NCBI GenBank assembly: GCA_903870245.1
Contig: CAIQCB010000021.1
Coordinates: forward strand, 38,088-102,087
Direction of reading: 5' to 3'
From: an uncultured Methylocystaceae bacterium
GTDB lineage: Bacteria; Pseudomonadota; Alphaproteobacteria; Rhizobiales; Beijerinckiaceae
Length of the DNA: 64,000 bases
Shown: positions 40,213-48,759 of the stretch, one piece after another
Layout of the letters: every line of letters begins with the position of its first letter
How positions within the stretch are numbered: position 1 is the stretch's first letter
Notes under the pieces: model-generated
Told to the model about the DNA's origin: nothing
What the model saw: the letters and a program-made list of their open reading frames with translations, nothing else
The model's database searches: none
Program-made: the position numbers and the translations under genes

Positions 40213-40857
40213 ATGGATCACACGTCGCTTTCGCCTCTCGCCATGTTCATCAACGCCGGCCCGGTCGGCAAATTCGTCATGGCGCTTCTGCTTTTGGCCT
40301 CGGTCTGGACCTGGGTTTTGATCGTCGAGGGCGTCGTCGCCGTCAATCGTATCACCAAGGCGACGAGGTCGGCGCGCGCCGGCGGCCCCGTTGATGTTCT
40401 GGAGCCTGTGGCGGAGGCCGGTCGCGAAGCCTACGCCCTTGACCTTCCCGACGAGTCAAACGGCGAAAAACGCGAGCGTATCGCCGAATATATGAGCCGC
40501 ACGGCCCGCGAATTCCTGACGAAAGCCGAGGGCGGCCTGCCCAATCTCGCAGTCATTTCCTCGGTGGCCCCCTTCATCGGGCTCTTCGGCACGGTTTGGG
40601 GCATTATGACCAGCTTCGCCGGCATTGCCCAATCGCAGGACACCAGCCTCGCTGTCGTCGCGCCCGGCATCGCCGAAGCGCTCGCCGCCACGGCCTATGG
40701 CCTCGCCGCCGCTATTCCGGCGTCGATCGGCTATAACCGCATCGGCTCCTCCTTCGCCCGGCTTGGGCAGGAAGTTGCTCATTACATCGAGGACGAGGCC
40801 CTGCGTATGACCAGCGGCGCCGGCGCCAAGACCCGTTCGCAGAAGGAGGCCGCATAA
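40213..40857 (+). CDS. exbB: MotA/TolQ/ExbB proton-channel family protein
   Basis: Start at [12 protein letters not shown]. Three TM segments, with [19 protein letters not shown] and [22 protein letters not shown] signature motifs. Confidence 0.9.
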   Translation: MDHTSLSPLAMFINAGPVGKFVMALLLLASVWTWVLIVEGVVAVNRITKATRSARAGGPVDVLEPVAEAGREAYALDLPDESNGEKRERIAEYMSRTAREFLTKAEGGLPNLAVISSVAPFIGLFGTVWGIMTSFAGIAQSQDTSLAVVAPGIAEALAATAYGLAAAIPASIGYNRIGSSFARLGQEVAHYIEDEALRMTSGAGAKTRSQKEAA

Positions 40858-41315
40858 TGGCGCTTCCCGCACGCTTCAAAAAGAACAACGATCTCTACCA
40901 GCCGCTCGCCGACATCAACGTGACGCCGCTTGTCGACGTCATGCTGGTGTTGCTGATCATCTTTATGGTCACGGCGCCATTGCTGGCGAAGGGCGTCAAG
41001 GTCAACCTGCCGCAGGCCAGCGCTGCCGCGCCGATCAACCAGAAGGATCCGATCGTCGTCACCGTTGGCAAGGACGGCAAGGTTTCGCTTGGCGCCGACG
41101 AAGTGTCGCCGGAATCCCTGATCGATGGCATTCACGCCATGATGGGCGGCGACAACGCCCGGGTCGTTCATGTGCGCGGCGACACCGAAGCCGCCTATGG
41201 CGATGTGGTGGCGATGATGGACCGGCTCGCCACCAACGGCATCACCCATATCGCCATCATGACCAACTCCCGCAGTAAAACAGGCGGGCTGAAAGCAGGA
41301 GGAGGAGCGAAATGA
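40857..41315 (+). CDS. exbD: ExbD/TolR family biopolymer transport protein
   Basis: 152 aa with a TAATG overlap on exbB. Motif [23 protein letters not shown]. Confidence 0.9.
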   Translation: MALPARFKKNNDLYQPLADINVTPLVDVMLVLLIIFMVTAPLLAKGVKVNLPQASAAAPINQKDPIVVTVGKDGKVSLGADEVSPESLIDGIHAMMGGDNARVVHVRGDTEAAYGDVVAMMDRLATNGITHIAIMTNSRSKTGGLKAGGGAK

Positions 41316-42034
41316 CCGACTTCGCCGCGAATCCAGCCCTGTCCCGCGGCGTGACGCAACGACAGACCGAGCCTCCCGCCGGACCGCCGCCCATCGTCTC
41401 GGGGCGGCTGCGGGCGATCACCTATGCGCTCGTCGTCCTCGCGCATGTCGCCGTATTCGCCGCCTTCCTCACATGGGCAAAGCCCGATGTGATTTCGCTC
41501 GACTCTCTGACCATGGACCTTGTCCAGGAGGGGGATTTCTTCGAGGCCGAGGAGGTCGCCGCCGCCGAGGATACGCCGCCGCCGGAAGTCGTTGAGGAGC
41601 CGGAGCTGGCGCTGCCGCCGCCGGAAGTCATGTCTCCCGACGCGCCGCAATTGCCCTCCACACAAAAGAAAGAGCAGGTCAAGAAAAAGGAGGAGCGCAA
41701 GGAGGTCAAGAACGCACAGCAGGCTCGCGAGGCTCAGGCCAAACGGCATGCTGGCGCGCCCGATGGACGTTCGCAGGGCTCCGGGGTTTCGCAATCGGCC
41801 TGTCTGGCGCATGTCGCAGCCGATCTGCGCCGGCACACGCCGGGCTCGACAAATCTCGGCGCCGGTCGCGCGACCGTTTCGTTCCATGTGAACCCGGGCG
41901 GCGGACTCTCTGGCGTTTCGGCTTCGGGATCGACGCCGGCGCACGCCGCTTTGGCGCGCCGCATCGTGTCCTCGTCGCGCGGCACCGCCGGTTGCGGATC
42001 CGCCTTTGTGAGCCAGAGCTTCTCGTTTCACTGA
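41312..42034 (+). CDS. tonB: TonB-like energy transducer (TM anchor, Pro/Glu/Lys-rich spacer, divergent C-terminal domain)
   Basis: 240 aa with an ATGA overlap on exbD. TM segment [18 protein letters not shown], spacer [19 protein letters not shown]...[13 protein letters not shown], and C-terminal [16 protein letters not shown]...QSFSFH. Confidence 0.75.
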   Translation: MTDFAANPALSRGVTQRQTEPPAGPPPIVSGRLRAITYALVVLAHVAVFAAFLTWAKPDVISLDSLTMDLVQEGDFFEAEEVAAAEDTPPPEVVEEPELALPPPEVMSPDAPQLPSTQKKEQVKKKEERKEVKNAQQAREAQAKRHAGAPDGRSQGSGVSQSACLAHVAADLRRHTPGSTNLGAGRATVSFHVNPGGGLSGVSASGSTPAHAALARRIVSSSRGTAGCGSAFVSQSFSFH

Positions 42035-42106
42035 ATGCGCGCGCCGGCGATTGTGTTTATCCCCGGCGCGTTCTCCTCTCATGTCTTCAATCATGGAGAA
42101 GAGCGA

Positions 42107-42589
42107 ATGGCGCAGCCTTTGCGACAGGCGTTATGCTTTTTCTTTTTGGCCTTCACCGGCGTCGCTGTCGCCGAAAGTCGAGCCCCGACGTCTGCCAGCG
42201 CGACTCCTCCCGCTGCGCCGGTCATTTCAGAGAGCAAGTTTCTGGGCGCTCTCTACAGCGAAATCGAGAAACACACGCCAGCGGAGAACACGCTGGGCGA
42301 TGGTGAGGTGACGGCGAGTTTTCACGTTGACGCGGCTGGCCGGATCGACAAGGTGACGATAGAAAAAACTTCCAGCCCGGCTCACGCCAACGCCGTGAAG
42401 CAAATTCTTGGCGCAGTCGTCGCGCCGCCGCCGCCCGGCGGCTCGATGGACGTGGGGCAGACGTTCAAATTTCACAAGCCCGAGTCAGAGGAGTCCGTCG
42501 CCCCGTCAGCGCCGGCGCCTTCGATCGCAACATCGCCGGCCGCACCAGCCATGGCGCCAAGGGCTGCGCCACCCGCGCCGGCGCGATAA
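42107..42589 (+). CDS. Secreted stand-alone TonB-C-terminal-like domain protein with a Pro/Ala-rich tail
   Basis: Start chosen at MAQPLRQALCFFFLAFTGVAVA (signal peptide). The core EIEKHTPAENTLGDGEVTASFHVDAAGRIDKVTIEKTSSPAHANAVKQIL...GQTFKFH aligns by eye with the C-terminal domain of the preceding TonB-like protein. Confidence 0.55.
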   Translation: MAQPLRQALCFFFLAFTGVAVAESRAPTSASATPPAAPVISESKFLGALYSEIEKHTPAENTLGDGEVTASFHVDAAGRIDKVTIEKTSSPAHANAVKQILGAVVAPPPPGGSMDVGQTFKFHKPESEESVAPSAPAPSIATSPAAPAMAPRAAPPAPAR

Positions 42590-42624
42590 GTTCCGACACT
42601 ATCCTCCAGAGGGGAGCCGACGCC

Positions 42625-43911
42625 GTGAAACGCATCAGACGATCAGGAAAATCGCTTGTCGCCGCCCTGTTGATGTCGGTAACCGCCGCGTCCGCAGAGG
42701 AACATGCGGGGCCGACTTCGGGCAATGTTGAAAGCGGCCCAAAGCCTGCGATGAAACACACGGCTCCGGCCTGTTCCGACGCCCGGCCAGACTGCGCCAT
42801 GACGGTGTTTCCGGCTTTTGATCGAAAAGGGCGACTTTGGGTCGCTTTTTCTGTCGGCAAGACAGTCTACGCCGCCGCCTCCACAAACGGGGGCAAGAAC
42901 TTTGCGGCGCCGGTCGTCGTCGCGACCGTCGGCGAGACTGGCGTGATCGACTCGCATGGCGATGCGCGTCCGAAGATTGTCGCGATGAATGACGGCGGGC
43001 TGCTGGTCGCCTACACCACGCGCCCTGACAAGCAGATGATCGGCACGATCTTCACCGCACGGTCTACTGATGGCGGCAGGAGTTTCTCGACGCCGCAGGC
43101 GATGCTCGCGGAAGGCGGCCAGCGTTTCGACGCATGGGCGATTTCGCCCAAAGGTCGCATTTACGCAGGGTGGCTCGACAAGACCCATGCGCTGAAAGCC
43201 AAGGCCGAAGGCCGCGACTTCGCCGGCAGCGGCGTCGCATTCGGCTGGTCGGACGATGGCGGCGCGACATTCAATGGTAAGTCAATTCTGATGGACCACG
43301 CCTGCGAGTGCTGCAAAATGTCGGCGGCGCTGGATCGCGACGGTCTGCCCGTCTTTGCGTGGCGTCAGGTTTTCGAGGACGGCGTTCGCGATCATTATGC
43401 GGCGAAGCTGTCCGCCGACGGATCATCGCTCTCGGGCGGTCGCGTCAGCGATGACAACTGGGCGATCAACTCTTGCCCGCATCAGGGTCCGGCGCTCGCG
43501 ATTGATGGGGCCGGCGTCTGGCATGTCGCCTGGTTTACGAAGGGGAAGACCCGTCAGGGTTTATTCTACGCCGCGAGTCGCGATGGCGGCAAAAATTTTT
43601 CCCCGCCGGAGAAGATCGGCGACGAGGCTCACGCGCCCGCCTTTGCGGCCTTGCTCGCCGTAAAGGATCGACTGTATCGGGTCTGGAAGGAGTTTGATGG
43701 CAACGCCACCAGCATTCCGTTCCAGATGTCGCGCGATGGCGGTAAAACCTGGAGCGCGCCGCATGTGCTCGCGACCGCCGCAGACGCTTCCGACAATCCG
43801 CAGCTCGTCGCCAACAACAAGGGCGCAGGCTATCTCTCATGGGTCTCCCATAAGGAGGGATATCGGCTGATCCCTCTCCCTCGCGATGAAAAGAGCGCGT
43901 CAATAAGATGA
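42625..43911 (+). CDS. Exported BNR/Asp-box repeat beta-propeller (sialidase-fold) protein with conserved-looking Cys/His motifs
   Basis: 428 aa, GTG start with an AGAGGGGAG RBS, and a signal peptide. Four Asp-box motifs (STDGGRSF, SDDGGATF, SRDGGKNF, SRDGGKTW). Cys motifs APACSDARPDC, HACECCK and NSCPHQGP. Confidence 0.8.
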   Translation: MKRIRRSGKSLVAALLMSVTAASAEEHAGPTSGNVESGPKPAMKHTAPACSDARPDCAMTVFPAFDRKGRLWVAFSVGKTVYAAASTNGGKNFAAPVVVATVGETGVIDSHGDARPKIVAMNDGGLLVAYTTRPDKQMIGTIFTARSTDGGRSFSTPQAMLAEGGQRFDAWAISPKGRIYAGWLDKTHALKAKAEGRDFAGSGVAFGWSDDGGATFNGKSILMDHACECCKMSAALDRDGLPVFAWRQVFEDGVRDHYAAKLSADGSSLSGGRVSDDNWAINSCPHQGPALAIDGAGVWHVAWFTKGKTRQGLFYAASRDGGKNFSPPEKIGDEAHAPAFAALLAVKDRLYRVWKEFDGNATSIPFQMSRDGGKTWSAPHVLATAADASDNPQLVANNKGAGYLSWVSHKEGYRLIPLPRDEKSASIR

Positions 43912-44399
43912 AGGCTTTAACTGCATATACCGGCGCTGTGCTCGCCGCTGGTCTGCTGTTTTCCTCCGCCGCTCTGGCGCTGGACTTCAAGCCCTACGGA
44001 CGCGGCGATTACGAGACGCTCCTCAAGGCCCGCGCCGGGCGGCCGTTGATCGTGCATTTCTGGTCGGTGATCTGTCCGGCCTGTGTCGCGGAATTGCCGC
44101 AATGGGCGAAGCTGGCCGCGGCGCGCAAAGACGTCGATGTCATTTTCGTCGACACCGACGATGCGGAGGAGCGCGACCGCGCCGCAGGGCGTCTGGAGAA
44201 GGCGGGATTGGCCAGCGCTTCCCATTACGGCTTCGCCGACAATTTCGTCGAGAAGCTTTATTTCGAGGTTGATCGCAACTGGCGCGGCGAACTGCCGTTC
44301 ACCGTGCTGGTGACCCGGGATGGCGCCCGGACGACTCTCGCCGGTGGTCTTGACGATCCCGATCTGGTCAATTGGTTGAGCAGGAATGTCGGCAAATAG
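43908..44399 (+). CDS. TlpA/ResA-like periplasmic thioredoxin-fold thiol:disulfide oxidoreductase
   Basis: 163 aa with an ATGA overlap on the preceding gene and a signal peptide. Motif HFWSVICPACVAELPQW (CxxC). Confidence 0.8.
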   Translation: MKALTAYTGAVLAAGLLFSSAALALDFKPYGRGDYETLLKARAGRPLIVHFWSVICPACVAELPQWAKLAAARKDVDVIFVDTDDAEERDRAAGRLEKAGLASASHYGFADNFVEKLYFEVDRNWRGELPFTVLVTRDGARTTLAGGLDDPDLVNWLSRNVGK

Positions 44400-44459
44400 G
44401 TCGTTATGATTTAGGCGGTTATGTTGTTGTGACGGGGATTGGACCGAGAAAGTCCTCCA

Positions 44460-44807
44460 TCATGCCGCTTGTTCGCCGCCGACGTGAGCCGGGGAGACCG
44501 GGGTCTTGAAAGCGACGATGCGCTCGATTTTGGCGATATCGCATTCTCCGACGACAATGCCCAGCACCACAAGCAGATCTGCCGCCAGCGATTGAGACTG
44601 AACACGCGTGGCTTCTTCAATATCAAGTATTAAAATCTGGCACAGATCTTCCCGGGTGGCGCCACTGCAAGCGCGCATATAAGTGGCGTACAACATGTCA
44701 TGGCGGCGCGTTCGAGGCGGACGCTCGATGCCGGCCTTTGCGCCAAATTTCCCGATCGCACAACAACGAACAGAACAGTCATCGGCTTTCATGTCAGATA
44801 CGCCCAT
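44460..44807 (-). CDS. Hypothetical small protein with atypical codon usage (start uncertain)
   Basis: 115-aa ORF, with alternative starts at 44792 and 44696. It uses rare TTA/ATA codons in an AT-richer stretch and has an N-terminal CSVRCC. No family recognised. Confidence 0.35.
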   Translation of the reverse strand: MGVSDMKADDCSVRCCAIGKFGAKAGIERPPRTRRHDMLYATYMRACSGATREDLCQILILDIEEATRVQSQSLAADLLVVLGIVVGECDIAKIERIVAFKTPVSPAHVGGEQAA

Positions 44808-44927
44808 ACTTGGTATATTGAAAACAACAACCTTTCCTCATCAAAGGTCAGCGCTGCATCGACTTTTGTCCGGTCTCCGACAACACATTCCTGCGCCTTG
44901 CGACGAAGAAATCAGCCTAAGGCTAAA

Positions 44928-44941
44928 TTGATGAATATCAA
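44928..44941. promoter_or_regulatory. Perfect FNR/FixK-type box TTGAT-GAAT-ATCAA
   Basis: Read directly in the AT-rich gap, about 175 nt upstream of the hydrolase ATG (45110) and about 125 nt upstream of the minus-strand ORF start (44807). Confidence 0.5.
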
Positions 44942-45109
44942 TTTATCATTTGGCCGACACAATTACCCAAGCAACAAAGGCGCCAACTCTGCTAACCCTG
45001 AAGCCGTTACGCAAATTCCCCTGGCGTCTCCGCAGTCCCTGCCTCCTTGCAGGACACTCAAGGACCGGGGTCGGCAGATCAGCAATTCTCTTGCCCGGCG
45101 GAGACAATC

Positions 45110-46171
45110 ATGACGGATGATCTACTGGTCTGGCGGTGCGGAGGGCTTGGCCGTATCCGTTTAAATCGACCATCGGCCCTCAACGCCCTGACGCTCGACA
45201 TGTTGCGCGCCTTTGATCGGGCGCTGGATGTTTTCATCGCCGATCCGGGGATCGTCGCTGTCTTTGTCGATGGCGCTGGCGATCGCGGATTGTGCGCCGG
45301 TGGCGATATTCGAACCTTGTATGAAATGCGCGACAGCGCGCCGGATTATTACAAGCAGTTCTGGCGCGTCGAATATCCTCTAAACGCCCGAATTGCGGCT
45401 TTGTCGAAACCCTATGTTGTTTTGATGGATGGGCTCGTGATGGGCGGCGGCGTTGGCGTTTCAGCGCATGGAAACCGTCGTCTCGCTACGCCGCGCATGC
45501 GTTTTGCGATGCCGGAAACGCAAATCGGTTTCCTGCCCGATACGGGTGGCACCTGGCTGCTCGGGCGCCGCGGCGCCGCCGGCGCCTATCTCGCCCTGAC
45601 TGGCGCAGAAATCGGCGCGGGAGACGCGCTGCGCCTTGGACTCGCCGATATTTGCATCGATCCCGGTCAGATGGCGGATCTGGAACATCGCCTGTCCGAG
45701 GCGGCCGGCATGGACGAGGTCGATGCGATCCTCAACGCGTCGCGCATCACGCCGCCCGCTGAGACATTGAGCGCACAGGAGAGACTGCTGTCGCAGGTCT
45801 TTAAAGGCGATAGCATTGAGGATAGCATTCGTGCGCTGCAGGCGGAGGGCAGCGCTTTCGCCAAAGAGACTTGCGCCAGGCTCTTGCGCGCCTCGCCGAC
45901 CAGCCTGAAGCTGACGCGCCGTCTGCTGACCCTGGCTCGCGATGGGGCAAGTCTCGAAATCGCGCTGATCAACGAATACCGCGCCGCCTGCGGCCTTCTA
46001 AACAGCCACGATCTGTACGAAGGCATTCGCGCCGCAATTATCAATCGCGACAAAAATCCGCGGTGGTCGCCCGGCTCGCTGGAGGCGGTCGACGATGATG
46101 TCATCGAAGGATTGCTACGCGGCGCCAGCGACATGGAACTGGAGTTTAACCACACAAAAGACGCCGGGTAA
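45110..46171 (+). CDS. Enoyl-CoA hydratase/isomerase superfamily protein, 3-hydroxyisobutyryl-CoA hydrolase-like
   Basis: Start at MTDDLLVWRCGGLGRIRLNRPSALNAL. Motifs GAGDRGLCAGGDIR, MDGLVMGGGVGVS, and C-terminal DLYEGIRAAIINRDKNPRW. Confidence 0.85.
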   Translation: MTDDLLVWRCGGLGRIRLNRPSALNALTLDMLRAFDRALDVFIADPGIVAVFVDGAGDRGLCAGGDIRTLYEMRDSAPDYYKQFWRVEYPLNARIAALSKPYVVLMDGLVMGGGVGVSAHGNRRLATPRMRFAMPETQIGFLPDTGGTWLLGRRGAAGAYLALTGAEIGAGDALRLGLADICIDPGQMADLEHRLSEAAGMDEVDAILNASRITPPAETLSAQERLLSQVFKGDSIEDSIRALQAEGSAFAKETCARLLRASPTSLKLTRRLLTLARDGASLEIALINEYRAACGLLNSHDLYEGIRAAIINRDKNPRWSPGSLEAVDDDVIEGLLRGASDMELEFNHTKDAG

Positions 46172-46177
46172 CCGGCA

Positions 46178-48631
46178 TCAGGCGTCACGTTTAAGTCCCA
46201 GTTGGCGCTCCAGCGCGACAATGCGCGAGGTTGTGCGCAACACCGTATCGGGATTGAGGCTGATCGAGTCGATGCCAAGCCGCACGAGAAACTCGGCGAT
46301 CTCGGGATAATCAGAAGGCGCCTGTCCGCAAATGCCGATATGACGCCCATTGCGTTTCGCGCCTTCGATCGCGAGCCTGATCATGGTCTTCACGCCGTCG
46401 TCGCGCTCGTCGAAATCGAATGCGACGATTTCCGAGTCGCGGTCAACGCCGAGCGTTAATTGCGTCAGATCATTTGATCCGATCGAGAATCCGTCGAAAT
46501 GCTTGGCGAACTGGTCGATCAAAATAACATTGTTGGGTATCTCGCACATGACATAAATTTCAAGGCCGTTATCGCCACGTCTCAGGCCCTGCTCCTGCAT
46601 GAACGCGATCACGCGTTCAGCCTCCTCGATGCGGCGGCAAAAGGGAATCATTAATTTAACATTGGTCAGGCCCAGGTCGTCGCGCACCCGTCTCATCGCA
46701 GCGCATTCGAGCGCAAAGCCTTCGCGATAAGCAGGATGCGTATAACGCGACGCGCCCCGGAAACCGATCATCGGATTTTCCTCGTCGCTCTCGAAAACGC
46801 GTCCGCCCATCAAGCTCGCATATTCGTTGCTTTTGAAATCCGACATGCGGACAATGACCGGCCTCGGATAAAAAGCTGCAGCGATGGTGGCGACGCCTTC
46901 CGACAGTCGTTCGACAAAGAAATCGCTTGGGCTGTGATACTGCGCCGTCAGTTGCTCGATGGCGCTGCGCTCCGTTTCGTTCAGGCGTTCGGGATGCACA
47001 AGCGCCATCGGATGCGCCTTGATCGATCCGGCGATGATAAACTCCATGCGCGCCAGACCGACGCCGTCGCACGGCAGCGAGGCGAGACTGAAAGCCAGTT
47101 CGGGATTGCCTACGTTTATCATGACATGCGTGGCTGGCTTCGGCAGATCGGCGAGGCTGGTTTTCTCCACCTCGAAGTCGATATCGCCGGCGTAGACGCG
47201 TCCGATGTCGCCCTCGGCGCAACTGACCGAAATCATCTCGCCGGTTGCGATCTCACGGGTCGCCCGATCTGCTCCGACGATAGCTGGAATGCCGAGTTCG
47301 CGCGCGACGATGGCGGCGTGACAGGTGCGGCCGCCGCGATTTGTGACGATTGCGGCCGCAGCTTTCATGACCGTTCCCCAATCGGGGGAGGTGGCGTCGG
47401 CGACAAGAATTTCGCCCGGAACGAAGCTTGAAAGCTCGCAGAGATGTTCGATTACCCGGGCGCGACCGCTTACGACCTTTTCGCCCACGGCGCGCCCTTC
47501 GACCTTTATGGGCCCGTGTTTGCCGATCCGGTATTTCTCAATGACGTTTCGATCTCGACGGGAGGCGACGGTTTCCGGTCTCGCCTGCACGATATAGAGT
47601 TGGCCGTCGACGCCATCCTTGGCCCATTCGATGTCCATGGGGCGATGCATTCCCGCTTTAGCGCTGTAATGCTCCTCAATCGTAATCGCCTGCCCGGCGA
47701 GCGTCAGCGCTTCTTCGTCAGTAATGCAATATTTGTCCCGTTCTTTTTGATCGGTGGGAATATTGCGTGTCGTCTCTCGGCCCTTTTCGGCAAAGATCAT
47801 CTTGATTTTCTTGGCTCCGAGCGTTCGTTTCAGAACGCCGCGCTTGCCCTGCCGAAAGGTGGGTTTGAAAACATAGAATTCGTCCGGATCGACGGCGCCT
47901 TGCACGACATTCTCGCCCAGACCATAGGCGCCGGTCAGAAAGACGACATTCTCGAATCCGGTCTCGGTGTCGATGGTGAAAATTACGCCGGAAGCGGCGA
48001 GATCCGAGCGCGCCATCTTCATGACTGTGACGGAATTATACACCTTGAAATGATCGAAGCCGTTATCGATCCGATAGCGTATGGCGCGATCGGTGAAGAG
48101 GCTGGCGAAGCAGTGTCGCACAGCGTCGAGCACCGCCGCCTCGCCGCGAATGTTGAGATAGGTGTCGTGCTGTCCGGCGAAACTGGCGCTCGGCAAATCC
48201 TCGGCGGTCGCCGATGAGCGTACGGCGACGGTGAGCGCATCTCCATATTCAGCGTAGAGTTTGGCCAAAGCGACGCGGATATCGGCCTCGACAGCCGCCG
48301 GCGGCCTTGCCGCATAGACAATCTCGCGCGCCCGTGTAGCGCGTCGCGCAAGATCATCGATATTATCGGGATCGAGACCCTCCAGCGTCGCCTGGAGCGC
48401 GCTCCAGGCGCCGGCGTCATCGAGCGTATGACGATAGGCTTCGGCGGTTATGGCGAAGCCGTTCGGAACACGAATGCCCCGGGGGGTCAGTTCCTGATAC
48501 ATTTCGCCGAGCGAAGCGTTCTTGCCTCCCACCAGCGGCACGTCGCCTATCCCGACCTGTGAAAAGAAACGAATATAACGTCCGGCGGTCAGCTCATTCT
48601 GTTTTGCGGAGAAACTTTTTGCTTCAGTCAT
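46178..48631 (-). CDS. ppsA: Phosphoenolpyruvate synthase (pyruvate, water dikinase)
   Basis: 817 aa. VGGKNASLGEM, GGRTCHAAIVARELGIPA (phospho-His), and GICGQAPSD in the C-terminal PEP-utilizer domain. Confidence 0.95.
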   Translation of the reverse strand: MTEAKSFSAKQNELTAGRYIRFFSQVGIGDVPLVGGKNASLGEMYQELTPRGIRVPNGFAITAEAYRHTLDDAGAWSALQATLEGLDPDNIDDLARRATRAREIVYAARPPAAVEADIRVALAKLYAEYGDALTVAVRSSATAEDLPSASFAGQHDTYLNIRGEAAVLDAVRHCFASLFTDRAIRYRIDNGFDHFKVYNSVTVMKMARSDLAASGVIFTIDTETGFENVVFLTGAYGLGENVVQGAVDPDEFYVFKPTFRQGKRGVLKRTLGAKKIKMIFAEKGRETTRNIPTDQKERDKYCITDEEALTLAGQAITIEEHYSAKAGMHRPMDIEWAKDGVDGQLYIVQARPETVASRRDRNVIEKYRIGKHGPIKVEGRAVGEKVVSGRARVIEHLCELSSFVPGEILVADATSPDWGTVMKAAAAIVTNRGGRTCHAAIVARELGIPAIVGADRATREIATGEMISVSCAEGDIGRVYAGDIDFEVEKTSLADLPKPATHVMINVGNPELAFSLASLPCDGVGLARMEFIIAGSIKAHPMALVHPERLNETERSAIEQLTAQYHSPSDFFVERLSEGVATIAAAFYPRPVIVRMSDFKSNEYASLMGGRVFESDEENPMIGFRGASRYTHPAYREGFALECAAMRRVRDDLGLTNVKLMIPFCRRIEEAERVIAFMQEQGLRRGDNGLEIYVMCEIPNNVILIDQFAKHFDGFSIGSNDLTQLTLGVDRDSEIVAFDFDERDDGVKTMIRLAIEGAKRNGRHIGICGQAPSDYPEIAEFLVRLGIDSISLNPDTVLRTTSRIVALERQLGLKRDA

Positions 48632-48759
48632 GTCATTCCCCCGGTGATCTGATCATATTCGTCAGGGGAAACTTATAAAGCGACTTGCCTTAGCCCGGCT
48701 ATGCGAAAGTGACGGGGGCCGTTGTTTTGTACAAAGACCTCATGAGACATTTCGACGCG

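Noticed and set aside
44928-44946. A Fur or iron-box reading of TTGATGAATATCAATTTATCA.
   Set aside because: It matches the 19-bp Fur consensus GATAATGATAATCATTATC poorly (under half the positions). The same bases form a perfect TTGAT-N4-ATCAA FNR-type palindrome, and alphaproteobacterial iron control is mainly through Irr and RirA motifs, which are not present.
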